64,000 bases of DNA, from assembly GCA_965226495.1 (NCBI GenBank), contig OZ245365.1, forward strand, positions 3,008,001 to 3,072,000, read 5' to 3'. Under the pieces are notes generated by a model, which saw only the letters and a list, made by a program, of their open reading frames with translations, was not told the origin of the DNA and did not search any database. Of this stretch, positions 1 to 9,276 are shown piece by piece. Position 1 is the stretch's first letter. The number at the start of each line of letters is the position of its first letter. A program made the position numbers and the translations under genes. The DNA is from Candidatus Marinacidobacterales bacterium (GTDB lineage: Bacteria > Acidobacteriota > Vicinamibacteria > Marinacidobacterales > DATDRI01).

Positions 1-571
1 AAACTGGAGCCATTGAAGAGATCTTGCAAACGCATCGCGATCTTCTCTCGGCTCGTTCGATCGCCGAGTCCTAACACTTCCCTCCTTACTTTATTAGGCA
101 TCACCGCTATCTCATGCTAGGTTGGCGACAAGTGAGTCGACGGATGTTTCTTCTACTTCAAACAATTGAATCTGATGTGCAACAAATTGAATTCCGCCGA
201 TTCGACCGAGCGACCTACGATGGGAGGGAACGGACCAACGGAGGTTTCGATGATAAAGGTTGGTGTTCCTAAGATCGCTCTGGTGCTCACAATCGGCGCC
301 CTTTCCCTTCTGCAGTGTTCTTTGCCTGCAGACAAGGCGGAAAAAATTCCCATCACGACTTCATCCTCGGAAGCGTTGGATCTTTTCCTCCAGGGTCGTG
401 ATCTCGCAGAGAAGATTCGCTTCCAGGAGGCACTGCGGTACTTTCAAGAGGCCGTAGAGGAAGATCCCAATTTCGCGATGGCCCATCTGAACCTGGCGTT
501 CCCCTCCGTGCCAACATGCTTGAGACACTCCGCCCCTTGAAATTAGTGTGGAAGGCGGAGGAGGATCATGA

Positions 572-1039
572 ATGAGTCTGTTGACTGAGAAGACGAACTT
601 GGCGGGGTCGGAAGGAGCCGGAAGGGCGACTGTAGAGCCCGCCCGCCGCGAAGCAGTGGTGGCCCCGGATCCCGAAGTGAGTGAACAAGCGAAGCGTCGA
701 CGCTTTACCGCGGAGTACAAGCTGCGGATACTGCGTGAAGCGGATGCCTGCAAGGGCGATGGCGATGTGGGAGCGCTTCTGCGTCGAGAAGGACTGTACT
801 CGTCGCTCCTGTCGAGTTGGCGTCGCCAGCGGGATGAGATTGCGGGGGTCGGGCTCGCCGCAATCAAGCGGGGACGAAAGGGCAAGGTCGAGGATCCTCG
901 AGTCAAGGAACTCGCGCGCGAGAACACGCGACTGAAGCGTCGCCTCGCTCGGGTGGAGACGATGCTCGAGATCCAAAAAAAAGCCTCCGAGCTCCTGGGG
1001 ATCCCCCTGAATCCGCCCGACAGCGACGAGAACGATTGA
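572..1039 (+). CDS. IS3-family transposase OrfA (HTH and coiled coil)
   Basis: RRRFTAEYKLRILREAD...LLRREGLYSSLLSSWRRQ HTH signature followed by a coiled-coil segment. Confidence 0.9.
   Translation: MSLLTEKTNLAGSEGAGRATVEPARREAVVAPDPEVSEQAKRRRFTAEYKLRILREADACKGDGDVGALLRREGLYSSLLSSWRRQRDEIAGVGLAAIKRGRKGKVEDPRVKELARENTRLKRRLARVETMLEIQKKASELLGIPLNPPDSDEND
975..983 (+). other. Putative programmed -1 frameshift site (A8G run) producing OrfAB transposase
   Basis: AAAAAAAAG near the end of orfA; orfB is in the -1 frame, which is open from this site into orfB; typical of IS3 elements. Confidence 0.7.
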
Positions 1040-2175
1040 TGGCGGCGGCCGAGGAGCTGGCGGGACGGATTGGACAGACAGCGGAAGCGTGTGAGGCCCT
1101 GGGAGTCGTTCGTTCTACGCTGTATCGTCGTCGTCGGCCGGTGACGTCCAGACCGAAGCGTCGCCCTCGGCCCCACCGAGCCCTTGGCGAAACCGAGCGA
1201 GAGCAGGTGCTCGGCGCCTTGCACTCCGAGCAGTTTGTCGACAAGGCGCCCGCCGAAATGTGGGCCACGCTTCTGGACGAGGGAACCTACTACTGCTCGA
1301 TCCGCACGATGTATCGGATATTGTCGGAGCACGGAGAAGTCCGAGAACGCCGGAACCAGCTGCGCCATCCGAACTACCGCAAGCCGGAGCTGTTGGCCGA
1401 AACCCCGAACCAGGTTTGGTCGTGGGACATCACGAAACTTCGTGGTCCGGTCAAGTGGACCTACTACTACCTCTACGTCATCCTGGACATCTTCTCCCGC
1501 TACGTGACGGGCTGGATGCTGGCTCACCGAGAAAGCGCCGAGCTCGCTCGTCGTCTCATCGGCGAGAGCTGTCGCAAGCAAGGCATTGAACCAGGCCAGC
1601 TCACCATCCACGCGGATCGGGGCAGCTCGATGCGAAGCAAGTCCGTCGCCTTGCTCCTGGCCGATCTCGGCGTGACCAAGACTCACTCCCGACCTCACGT
1701 CTCGAACGACAATCCCTACTCCGAGTCTCAGTTCAAGACGCTGAAGTATTGCCCCCAGTTCCCGCGTCGTTTCGGCTCCATCGAAGATGCTCGCCTGTTC
1801 TCCCGCAACTTCTTCGACTACTACAACTACGAACACCGGCACTCGGGAATCGGTCTCATGACACCGGCCGTCGTTCATCAGGGTCGCGCCGAACAACTCA
1901 ACGCGGCTCGCCGACACACGCTCCTCGCCGCTCATCGGGCTCATCCCGAACGCTTCGTCCGTGGAAGACCTCAACCCCCTGTTTTGCCGTCTCAGGCTTG
2001 GATCAACCCTCCACCTGAGAAAAAGACGCGCGAGGATCGCCTAGGAACCACTTTCTCCGGGTGGTCCATACCTGGGGTCCCCCCTTTTTCCGCTCCACGT
2101 AACGAGATCTCGATCCAGGCAGACGTGGACAAAAACCACGTCACGAGCCTCCTGACACCAATCGAGGCTCACTAA
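1036..2175 (+). CDS. IS3-family transposase OrfB (DDE/rve integrase core)
   Basis: PNQVWSWDIT, ILDIFSRY, HADRGS and SNDNPYSE (D, D, E) motifs; TGATG overlap with orfA. Confidence 0.93.
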   Translation: MMAAAEELAGRIGQTAEACEALGVVRSTLYRRRRPVTSRPKRRPRPHRALGETEREQVLGALHSEQFVDKAPAEMWATLLDEGTYYCSIRTMYRILSEHGEVRERRNQLRHPNYRKPELLAETPNQVWSWDITKLRGPVKWTYYYLYVILDIFSRYVTGWMLAHRESAELARRLIGESCRKQGIEPGQLTIHADRGSSMRSKSVALLLADLGVTKTHSRPHVSNDNPYSESQFKTLKYCPQFPRRFGSIEDARLFSRNFFDYYNYEHRHSGIGLMTPAVVHQGRAEQLNAARRHTLLAAHRAHPERFVRGRPQPPVLPSQAWINPPPEKKTREDRLGTTFSGWSIPGVPPFSAPRNEISIQADVDKNHVTSLLTPIEAH

Positions 2176-3472
2176 ATGCAGCTCCCGGGTGTCTCAATGT
2201 TGTTGACACGCTCCGTTCTCCCAAAACACGGCGGACGGATTTTTCGAGAGCATAAAGAAGGCCGCCGCGTTGGCGGACGGGGCGTCCCAGGGTGAACAGC
2301 TTTGGATCCTCGGCACCGAGGCAGGCATCAATGGCCGGCCGATGGAGCAGAGGGAGTACTACAAGAAACTCGTCGCCGCCTACCCGAACGACGAGCGCGC
2401 CCATAACTTATTGGGTAATCAGTACTTTGGGCAACAAGAATATGGGCCAGCGATCGCCGCCTACGAGAAATCCATCGACATCAATCCAGAATTCTCTCAA
2501 CCCTATAACCAACTCGGCTACTCTTACCGTTTCTCCGGGAAGTACGAGAAGGCGCGCGAAGCCTTCGAGCAATATATCGAAGTGCTGCCCGACGATCCTA
2601 ATCCACATGACTCCTACGCCGAGCTCTTGATGAAGATGGGAGAGTTCGAGTCTTCCGTCGAGCACTACCAGAAAGCCCTCTCCATCAATCCCAAGTTCAT
2701 CCCGTCTTACATCGGCATCGCCACTGACTACAATTACATGGGCAAGCATGAGAAGGCTCGTGAAACACTCGAGACGATGTACGAAAAGGCGGACAACAAC
2801 GGCCAACGCCGCCAAGCGCTTTTTGCCACCGCCGTCTCTTATGTAGACGAGGGAGAAACCGATAGGGCATTAGAAATCTTGTCCAAACGATACGACCTCG
2901 CCGAAGAGGGGAATGACGAGGCTGCGCTCGCCGCGGACCTGAACCAGATCGGCAACATTCTTTTGGAAGCCGACCAGCCGGAGAAAGCGCTCTCGAAGTT
3001 CGAGAAATCCACTACCCTGATTCGGGAATCGAACCGCTCCAGTGATCAGAAGGAAAATGCGGAACGCCAATACCTCATAAACGGCGCCCGCGTTGCCCTG
3101 CGGCAGAATGACCTCGCCACCGCGAAGTCCAAACTTCAGGAGCACCGCGAGCAGATAGCGGCGATCGAGAACCACCCGCAGGCCGGGATCTCCCACCGAG
3201 TCGCTGCGATGATCGCCCTCGAAGAAGGCGACTACGAGACCGCACTCGCCGAGATCGAGCAGACGAGCCAACTGAACCCTTACAATGTGTACCGGAAGGC
3301 CATGGTCTATGAGGCCGAGGGCGACACCGAAAAAGCGGCTGCGCTCTACCGTAAGGCGGCGGAATTCAACGCACTGAACAATCTCAACTACGCGTTCATC
3401 CGAGCCAAGGCGGCCGAAAGAGCCAAAGCCACTTAAGAGGCTGTACCAACGACGTTGGTGCCACCTTTATTA

Positions 3473-3570
3473 CCTCTCCCTCAGGGAGAGGGCCGGGGTG
3501 AGGGTGGTAATCGAGGTCGGCTTCTTTCCCTTACTCCCTCTCCCCCAGGGAGAGGGCCGGGGTGAGGGTG
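3473..3570. repeat. Two REP-like palindromic repeats CCTCTCCCnCAGGGAGAGGGCCGGGGTGAGGGTG
   Basis: Near-identical copies at 3473-3506 and 3537-3570 between convergent genes. Confidence 0.8.
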
Positions 3571-3665
3571 TTGTGGACAGACGCGATGATGTCCCCGTAT
3601 CGATTTCATTGTTGCAGTCCACTAGCCCGCAGTTTGGCCTGGGGCGGCCGCCGGTCCGCTCCAGG

Positions 3666-4352
3666 CTATTTCTTTAGTCGAACTTTCTGCAACACCTTTT
3701 TGCCAACTCCTCTGCGGTCGCAGAGCTCGTAGATCCGGCACTCATCGCATAGGGGGCCGATCGGCCTGCAGACCAGCTGACCGTGTGCGACGAGCATCAC
3801 GTTCACTCGCCGTCGCCAACGCACTGGCACCAAAGGGGTGAGGGCAGACTCGGTTTTCTCAGGTGTCGCGGTTCGAACCCAGCCCAACCGGTTCGAGATC
3901 CGGTGCACGTGCGTGTCGACCGCGATTTGGGGAGCGCCGAAACAGGTTGCGAGAACGAGGTTGGCGCACTTAGGACCGATACCCGGGAGCGAGAGCAACC
4001 CCTCCTTCGTGCGCGGTACGTCTCCCTCTTCGATCAGGCGGCCGGCAATGATACGGAGCTGTTTGGCTTTCTGGCGGTAGAACCCGGCACCGTAGAGAAT
4101 TCGACGTAGGCGAGCTTCTGAGAGCTCCACCAGGGTTTCCGGTGAGGACGCGATTTTGAAGAGGTCGGTGGCAATTCGTAACGTCTGCTCGTCGCGAGTG
4201 CGGGTGCTGATAAGGCACGCCACTAAAGTTTGAAAGGGGGTGCGTTCAACCCAGATGCCTTGATACACGGGAGCGCTTGCGTACCGCCCGCGCCGCGTGT
4301 CCCGCGATAGAATTCTCAGCACTTGTGGCAGGCGCTGTTCTCGTGCGCTCAA
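3666..4352 (-). CDS. nth: Endonuclease III (HhH-GPD DNA glycosylase)
   Basis: LLSLPGIGPKCA HhH motif, VDTH, and C-x6-C-x2-C-x5-C 4Fe-4S motif (CRPIGPLCDECRIYELC). Confidence 0.92.
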   Translation of the reverse strand: MSAREQRLPQVLRILSRDTRRGRYASAPVYQGIWVERTPFQTLVACLISTRTRDEQTLRIATDLFKIASSPETLVELSEARLRRILYGAGFYRQKAKQLRIIAGRLIEEGDVPRTKEGLLSLPGIGPKCANLVLATCFGAPQIAVDTHVHRISNRLGWVRTATPEKTESALTPLVPVRWRRRVNVMLVAHGQLVCRPIGPLCDECRIYELCDRRGVGKKVLQKVRLKK

Positions 4353-4399
4353 GCTTTCAGTCCTTGACTCTGCATAGAGCGGTGACTAGTATACCGGTC

Positions 4400-4531
4400 T
4401 TGAGCGGCCCGAACGGGCCGCCGGCCGGGAGGAATTGTCCACGAATCGCAGGGCAAGGGAACCGGCCGTGTTTTTAGGCCCGAGCGAAGAGCGAGGGCCG
4501 CGAGTGAGCCGAGGAGGCGAGCGAGCACTAA
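4400..4531 (+). repeat. Structured intergenic repeat, copy 1 (divergent)
   Basis: GGCCCGAACGGGCC hairpin and 3' block GAGGAGGCGAGCGAGCACTAA shared with copies at 9139, 20158 and 34051; 5' boundary approximate. Confidence 0.55.
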
Positions 4532-4534
4532 GTC

Positions 4535-5662
4535 ATGCCTTATACGCGTAGGTCGTTCCTAAGAAGCCTTGGCGCCACGGCCGCATTCGCCCACTCGGCC
4601 CGCGCGCATGCGACCGTGAGTAGTGAGCTCGAAGAGCTCCTCTCGAAAAGCATTGTCATCGACGCCCTATCTTACTTGCACCGCAACCCGGATGTTCGGG
4701 GGGCGGACCATTCGACGCTGGATCTGCCGATGCTCGAGGAGTCTGGGATCACGATGGTCAGCCCGACCACCGACCGTCGGACGGCTAGCCCCGACGGCGC
4801 CTATCATGACGCGCTGAAGCGTCTGGCCGAGATTCAGAGCATCGCAGCCCGTTATCCGGACCGCATGATGCTGATACGCACCGGCTCCGACATCGAGGCC
4901 GCTAAGAGAGAGAACAAGGTCAGCGCCCTCCCCAACTTTCAAGACACCACCGCCATCGGGACCGACCTCTCGAACCTCGACGTCCTCTTCGATCTCGGCG
5001 TCCGCCAAATTCAGCTCACCTACAACTGGCGGAACCTGGTGGGCGATGGTTGCTTGGAGAGAACCGGCGCCGGCTTGAGCTACTTCGGAGTCGAGCTCGT
5101 CGAGCGAATGAACGAACTGGGGATCGCAGTCGACGTCTCCCATAGCGGGCACCAAACGAGCATGGACGCTATCGAGGCCTCGACCAAGCCGATCTTGTTC
5201 ACGCATACCAACTGCAAGGCCATCTACGACCATCCTCGCAACAAGTCCGACGAGGCGATTAAAGCTCTCGCGAAAAAGGGCGGCGTGGTGGGCATGACGC
5301 TCCTAAGCTGGTTCATCAGTGAAAACTCGCCGTCGACGCTCGATGACCTGCTCGACCATTTTGATCACGTCATTCGTCTGGTAGGACCGGACCATGTTGG
5401 TATCGGCTCGGACATGGGATTGCCCGGCTGGCGCGTGACCGAGCCTGATCAGATCTGGGAAGCCGTGAAAAGCGGCTACTCCGCCCGTTCCTGGGACCTG
5501 GTGCGTCCCAAGTACCCTCCGTTTATCGCGGCCATCAACGACGCGCGTCGCTACCTCACCATCGCCGAGGGCCTACAAAGACGCGGACACTCGCTCACCG
5601 ACATTCAAAAGGTTCTGGGGCTCAACTTCCTTCGAGTCTACAAGGAAGTTCTTCCCAGCTAG
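4535..5662 (+). CDS. Tat-exported membrane dipeptidase family (peptidase M19) protein
   Basis: TRRSFL Tat signal; QLTYN, VDVSH, THTNC, HPRNKSD and GIGSD motifs. Confidence 0.88.
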   Translation: MPYTRRSFLRSLGATAAFAHSARAHATVSSELEELLSKSIVIDALSYLHRNPDVRGADHSTLDLPMLEESGITMVSPTTDRRTASPDGAYHDALKRLAEIQSIAARYPDRMMLIRTGSDIEAAKRENKVSALPNFQDTTAIGTDLSNLDVLFDLGVRQIQLTYNWRNLVGDGCLERTGAGLSYFGVELVERMNELGIAVDVSHSGHQTSMDAIEASTKPILFTHTNCKAIYDHPRNKSDEAIKALAKKGGVVGMTLLSWFISENSPSTLDDLLDHFDHVIRLVGPDHVGIGSDMGLPGWRVTEPDQIWEAVKSGYSARSWDLVRPKYPPFIAAINDARRYLTIAEGLQRRGHSLTDIQKVLGLNFLRVYKEVLPS

Positions 5663-5707
5663 CCCACTTTCCTACGCGATCCTCTTCAGGACGAGCTGCG
5701 CCGTCGA
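5658..5707. repeat. Left copy of 50-bp degenerate direct repeat flanking the metal-efflux cassette
   Basis: 42/50 identical to 12404-12453; the minus strand reads STAQLVLKRIA*, a second 3' end of the 12418-12867 gene. Confidence 0.85.
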
Positions 5708-5720
5708 GCGCTAGTCTAGG

Positions 5721-5749
5721 TTGACTTCGGCAGTGGTGCCAAGGACAAT
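5721..5749 (+). promoter_or_regulatory. Putative sigma70 promoter; transcript would be essentially leaderless for the ORF at 5758
   Basis: TTGACT-N17-GACAAT; ATG lies 8 nt after the -10 element; no clear SD. Confidence 0.55.
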
Positions 5750-5757
5750 AAGGCGCC

Positions 5758-6195
5758 ATGCGTTGCCGACTGTTTCCGATCGTGATTGCCAGTCTCCAAA
5801 TCGCCGCGCTCATCCTCTTCTCCGTCCTCACTCCTCTTGCCCATCTCCACCAGAGCGGCACGGCACCGTCGCATTTTCGCCAGGTCGGCGCGGGCCACGA
5901 AGCCCATCCCGCAGCCACTTTCCACTCGCACTTTGAAGATCACCACGCAAGTGAGGACCACGGTCGGGACTCCGATGGTGACGACGCGGAAGACGCGCTC
6001 AGCCTTTCGCACGGCAAGATCGACGCGCCGCGCGTCAAGCAGTCCGACGAGCAGCCGCTGGTCGTCGCATCGAGTATCGAGGCCGCTCGCCCCTCGACCC
6101 AGGCGTCTTGGGCCCTATCCGTTCCGAGCCAAGACGCCCACGGGCCGCCCCATCCCTTTCTAATACCAGCCCGCGCTCCCCCCTCCTTCTCCTAA
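5758..6195 (+). CDS. His-rich leader protein with N-terminal hydrophobic segment and C-terminal RAPP motif (DUF2946-like architecture; candidate arrest peptide)
   Basis: Signal/TM segment, 13 His residues, ends ...PARAPPSFS*; directly upstream of the efflux operon. Confidence 0.75.
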   Translation: MRCRLFPIVIASLQIAALILFSVLTPLAHLHQSGTAPSHFRQVGAGHEAHPAATFHSHFEDHHASEDHGRDSDGDDAEDALSLSHGKIDAPRVKQSDEQPLVVASSIEAARPSTQASWALSVPSQDAHGPPHPFLIPARAPPSFS

Positions 6196-6280
6196 CGAGC
6201 TGCAAGTCTGCCTTCGTCAAGGCAGGCATTCTTCTTGTTTCCACGCCCATCCCGGGCTCGCCGCCCGGATCGGAAGGAGG
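6182..6280 (+). promoter_or_regulatory. Candidate attenuator: anti-SD CCTCCTTC (6182-6189), hairpin 6206-6227 with U-rich tail, and SD GAAGGAGG (6273-6280)
   Basis: Perfect 8-bp complementarity between 6182-6189 and 6273-6280; CTGCCTT-cgtc-AAGGCAG stem. Confidence 0.55.
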
Positions 6281-6283
6281 CGC

Positions 6284-7624
6284 ATGTCCACAAAGTTAAC
6301 GTTCGAACGAGGTTTTGGAGCAGCCCCTCGTAGAAGACTGGGTTCGCTGCGGCCGGGCCCTCTCATCCTCGGGATCCTGTTCACTGGAACCGTCATCCCA
6401 TCGGCCCGGTCGCAAGAGCCATTCCGACGGGTAACACTCGAACAAGCGCTCCAGATGTTTGAGGAGAACAATCTCGAGCTCCGTTTGGTCATGGCCGAGC
6501 GGGACGCGGCGGCCGGCCTCGCCCGGCAAGCCAGGGCGCACCCGAACCCAGTGGCCACGGTCACGCATGAAGGCCTGTCGGAAAGTGGCGCGGACTACTC
6601 AGAAAGTTATTTTCTGGCCAGCCAGCGCTTGGAATGGCCTGGCCACCGAGACGGGCGGATCGCGAGCTCGGACGGGGAAGCTGCCGTTGCCAGAATCCGC
6701 GCGGACGCCGAACGCCTGCGACTGACATTCGAAGTCAAGCGGAGCTTCTTTCAGGCAGCGGCTGCCGAAGAGCAGCTCGTCGTTATCGAAGGAGTCCGCG
6801 ACGTTTTTCGCACCGCGGAGGAAAGCGGTGGCCAGCGGTTTCGAGAAGGCGACCTCTCGGGCTACGACGCTCGCCGAATTCGAATCGAGCGAGCACGTTA
6901 CGAGATCCTCGCGGCGTCCCAAACGATCGCCCTCCGCAACGCCCGACTCTTGTTCGCCTCCCTCGTTCTCTCCGACTCTTCCGACGAAGGGCCTCCCAAC
7001 GTTGCGCCCTCCGCAGTGCCGGAGGGCTCTCCGCCTTCCATCACGGATCTCGACGAAGAAGTGGCCATCGAGCACGCTTTCGAACGGCGGGGCGAGATGC
7101 GAAGCGCCAAGGCGCAGATAGCCGCTGCCGAAGGCTCCGTGCGTCATCGTTCCTCCTTGCGTTACCCCGACGTGACCCTGACGGGGGGCTACAAAAGGCA
7201 ATCCGACGGTTTCGACGGTTTTTTCGTGGGAGCAAGCCTCCCTGTTCCCGTTTTTGATCAAAGGCAGGGCGATGTCGAAGCCGCCGAGGCCCGACTTCGC
7301 ACCGCAAACGCGCATTTCGCTCTGACGCAACGTACCGTCGCGAACGATGTCCGAAGAACCTTCTCCACGTATCTATCCCTCTCCGAACGCGCCGCATTGA
7401 TCCGTGACCAGCTTCTGAGCGGCGTCGACGATTTGCTGCTTATCGCGAGAGTGAGCTATGGCGAGGGTGAGATGTCGCTCTTGGAGCTCCTCGACGCCGC
7501 GAAGGCATATCGCGAGTCTCAGATCGCTTTCTCGGAGCTGACGTCGGAGCTCTGGATTCGTTACTACGACCTGGAACGGGCAATGGGAGGATTTTCATCC
7601 GTTTCATTGGAGGACCAACCATGA
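6284..7624 (+). CDS. TolC-family outer membrane efflux protein (CzcC-like)
   Basis: Outer-membrane efflux repeats, LPVPVFD, YGEGEMSLLELLDA; strong SD; operon context. Confidence 0.9.
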   Translation: MSTKLTFERGFGAAPRRRLGSLRPGPLILGILFTGTVIPSARSQEPFRRVTLEQALQMFEENNLELRLVMAERDAAAGLARQARAHPNPVATVTHEGLSESGADYSESYFLASQRLEWPGHRDGRIASSDGEAAVARIRADAERLRLTFEVKRSFFQAAAAEEQLVVIEGVRDVFRTAEESGGQRFREGDLSGYDARRIRIERARYEILAASQTIALRNARLLFASLVLSDSSDEGPPNVAPSAVPEGSPPSITDLDEEVAIEHAFERRGEMRSAKAQIAAAEGSVRHRSSLRYPDVTLTGGYKRQSDGFDGFFVGASLPVPVFDQRQGDVEAAEARLRTANAHFALTQRTVANDVRRTFSTYLSLSERAALIRDQLLSGVDDLLLIARVSYGEGEMSLLELLDAAKAYRESQIAFSELTSELWIRYYDLERAMGGFSSVSLEDQP

Positions 7625-9141
7625 AGGCCATAACGGCAATGAAGGCGATTGGGCCCCGACTGCTGGCCCTTACCATGTTGGTCCTCGCGACGAGCATGGT
7701 AGCGTGCCGGGACCAAGCGTCGTCCAGCGAAGCAACGGAAGACCACGAGCACGGTGGCGGGGCGGCGATCACACTTTGGACCGAGAGCGTCGAGCTCTTC
7801 TTCGAGCATCCGCCACTGATCGCCGGAGAGCCCGGGGAGCCCTGGGGCATCCACCTAACCTTTCTCGATGATTTTCAGCCAGTGCGAGAGGGCAAATTGA
7901 CGCTCCGTTTCGTCGGAGCGAATCGAAGCGAGCACGCGGCTGTCGCGGAAGCTCCGGCACGAGAGGGCATCTTCACACCGGCTCCCTCGCTAGCCGATGC
8001 CGGCGTATACCGTCTATCGATGACGCTCGAAAGCCCGAGAGGTGTTAACGAGATTCCCGTCGGTGACATCACCGTTTTCGCATCGAACGCCGAGCTTCCC
8101 CACCTGGAAGAAGCCTCCAACGCGGGCATCTCGTTTCTCAAAGAGCAGCAGTGGACGATCCCCTTCGCCACCGCTCGAGCCACCGAGCGAAACATCGCGC
8201 ACTCGATCGCCGCCAACGGTGAAATCCTCCCCGTGCCGACCGCCATGGCGCGCGTGAGCGCGCCGGTCGAGGGTCTTGTTGGGGAAGAGCGCGACCTGCG
8301 GACGCCCATCCCCGGTACCTGGGTGGAAGCGGGTGCGCCTCTGGTCGTTTTATCTCCGGTGCCTCAGGAAAACGCCTTTGCCGCCCAGCGCGCGCGAGTC
8401 CAACGGTTGGAACGCGAAGTAGCGCGTGCGGAACGGCTGCACGCCGCAGAGGCCATCCCTGAGAAGCGGCTGGTCGAGGCGCGCCATGATCTGGCCGTCA
8501 GCCGCGCCGCGCTCAACGCCGTGGGAGGGAGCAGCGAGGATGGATATGCGCTGACGCTGCGGGCCCCCATCAGCGGTCTCGTCATCGAACGAAATGTGAC
8601 CCTTGGCGAGCGGGTGTCGGCCGGTGAAGTGCTCTACACCATCGTGGATCCCAGCACCATGTGGGTCCGCCTTCAAGTGCCCGCCCGCGAGGCATCTCGC
8701 GCCTCGGAGGCCACCACAGCATCATTCACCGTGGAAGGAAACGCGCGACTTTACCAGTCCGAGCGGATCGTCTCGGTGGGAGCTGTCATCGATCCGACAC
8801 GGCGAACGCTTCCGGTGATCGCCGAAGCGCGGAATCGAGACGGAAGTTTGAAGGTGGGCATGCTAGTCGAGGGGCGGCTCTTCCTTGCCGAGACGGCCCC
8901 TGGTATTGCGATCCCAAGCCGCGCCGTCCGCAACGAGGACGGCCTGAACGTCGCCTACGTGCAACTCGGCGGCGAGAGTTTCGAGCGCCGAGTGCTCACG
9001 CTCGGGCCCTCGGATGGTGAGTGGACTCAGGTAATGAACGGCCTCCGCCCCGCGGAACGCGTGGTCACCCAAGGTGCCTACCAGGTTCGCCTGGCGTCGC
9101 TCAACGCCGCGGAGATCGCGGATCACGGACATCCTCACTAG
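7621..9141 (+). CDS. RND efflux periplasmic adaptor (CzcB/CusB-like lipoprotein)
   Basis: Lipobox SMVAC, LRAPISG, His-rich termini (DHEHGG, DHGHPH); ATGA overlap with the TolC gene. Confidence 0.9.
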   Translation: MKAITAMKAIGPRLLALTMLVLATSMVACRDQASSSEATEDHEHGGGAAITLWTESVELFFEHPPLIAGEPGEPWGIHLTFLDDFQPVREGKLTLRFVGANRSEHAAVAEAPAREGIFTPAPSLADAGVYRLSMTLESPRGVNEIPVGDITVFASNAELPHLEEASNAGISFLKEQQWTIPFATARATERNIAHSIAANGEILPVPTAMARVSAPVEGLVGEERDLRTPIPGTWVEAGAPLVVLSPVPQENAFAAQRARVQRLEREVARAERLHAAEAIPEKRLVEARHDLAVSRAALNAVGGSSEDGYALTLRAPISGLVIERNVTLGERVSAGEVLYTIVDPSTMWVRLQVPAREASRASEATTASFTVEGNARLYQSERIVSVGAVIDPTRRTLPVIAEARNRDGSLKVGMLVEGRLFLAETAPGIAIPSRAVRNEDGLNVAYVQLGGESFERRVLTLGPSDGEWTQVMNGLRPAERVVTQGAYQVRLASLNAAEIADHGHPH

Positions 9142-9262
9142 CAGCAGGCTGGTGAAAAAGAGGACCCAGCCTGCGCGAGCGGAGCGAGCCCGGCCCGAGT
9201 GGGCCGTTGAGGCCGCGCGAGGAGCGCGGCCAGCGAGCGAACGAGGAGTGAGCGAGCACTAA
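9139..9262 (+). repeat. Structured intergenic repeat, copy 2
   Basis: CAGGCTGG...CCAGCCTG stem, then TGCGCGAGCGGAGCGAGCCCGGCC and GCGAACGAGGAGTGAGCGAGCACTAA. Confidence 0.8.
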
Positions 9263-9276
9263 AGATGGAACCCAAC

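Larger units (their letters stand above)
502..2215 (+). mobile_element. IS3-family insertion sequence, ~1.7 kb
   Basis: Imperfect inverted repeats CGTGCCAACATGCTTGAGACAC (507-528) and GTGTCTCAATGTTGTTGACACG (2189-2210), each 5 bp inside the ends. TTC is duplicated at 499-501 and 2216-2218. orfA/orfB organisation. Confidence 0.92.
250..3436 (+). pseudogene. Tetratricopeptide-repeat (lipo)protein gene interrupted by an IS3-family element (5' part 250-501, 3' part 2219-3436)
   Basis: ATG at 250 after GGAGG; signal peptide ending SLLQC; TPR-like repeats. Removing 502-2218 rejoins ...HLNLAF|SQNTADGFFESIKK... in frame, giving 489 aa. Confidence 0.9.

Noticed and set aside
361-1974. 537-aa minus-strand ORF
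   Set aside because: Antisense shadow of the IS3 transposase; no recognisable motifs.
509-2208. Alternative IS boundaries at TG...CA with a 2-bp CG duplication
   Set aside because: It would leave an extra PSAPF in the TPR protein. The 502-2215 model gives symmetric ends and a 3-bp duplication. Not formally excluded.
3473-3570. Possible CRISPR array
   Set aside because: Only two copies, typical REP-like palindromes, and no cas genes in the window.
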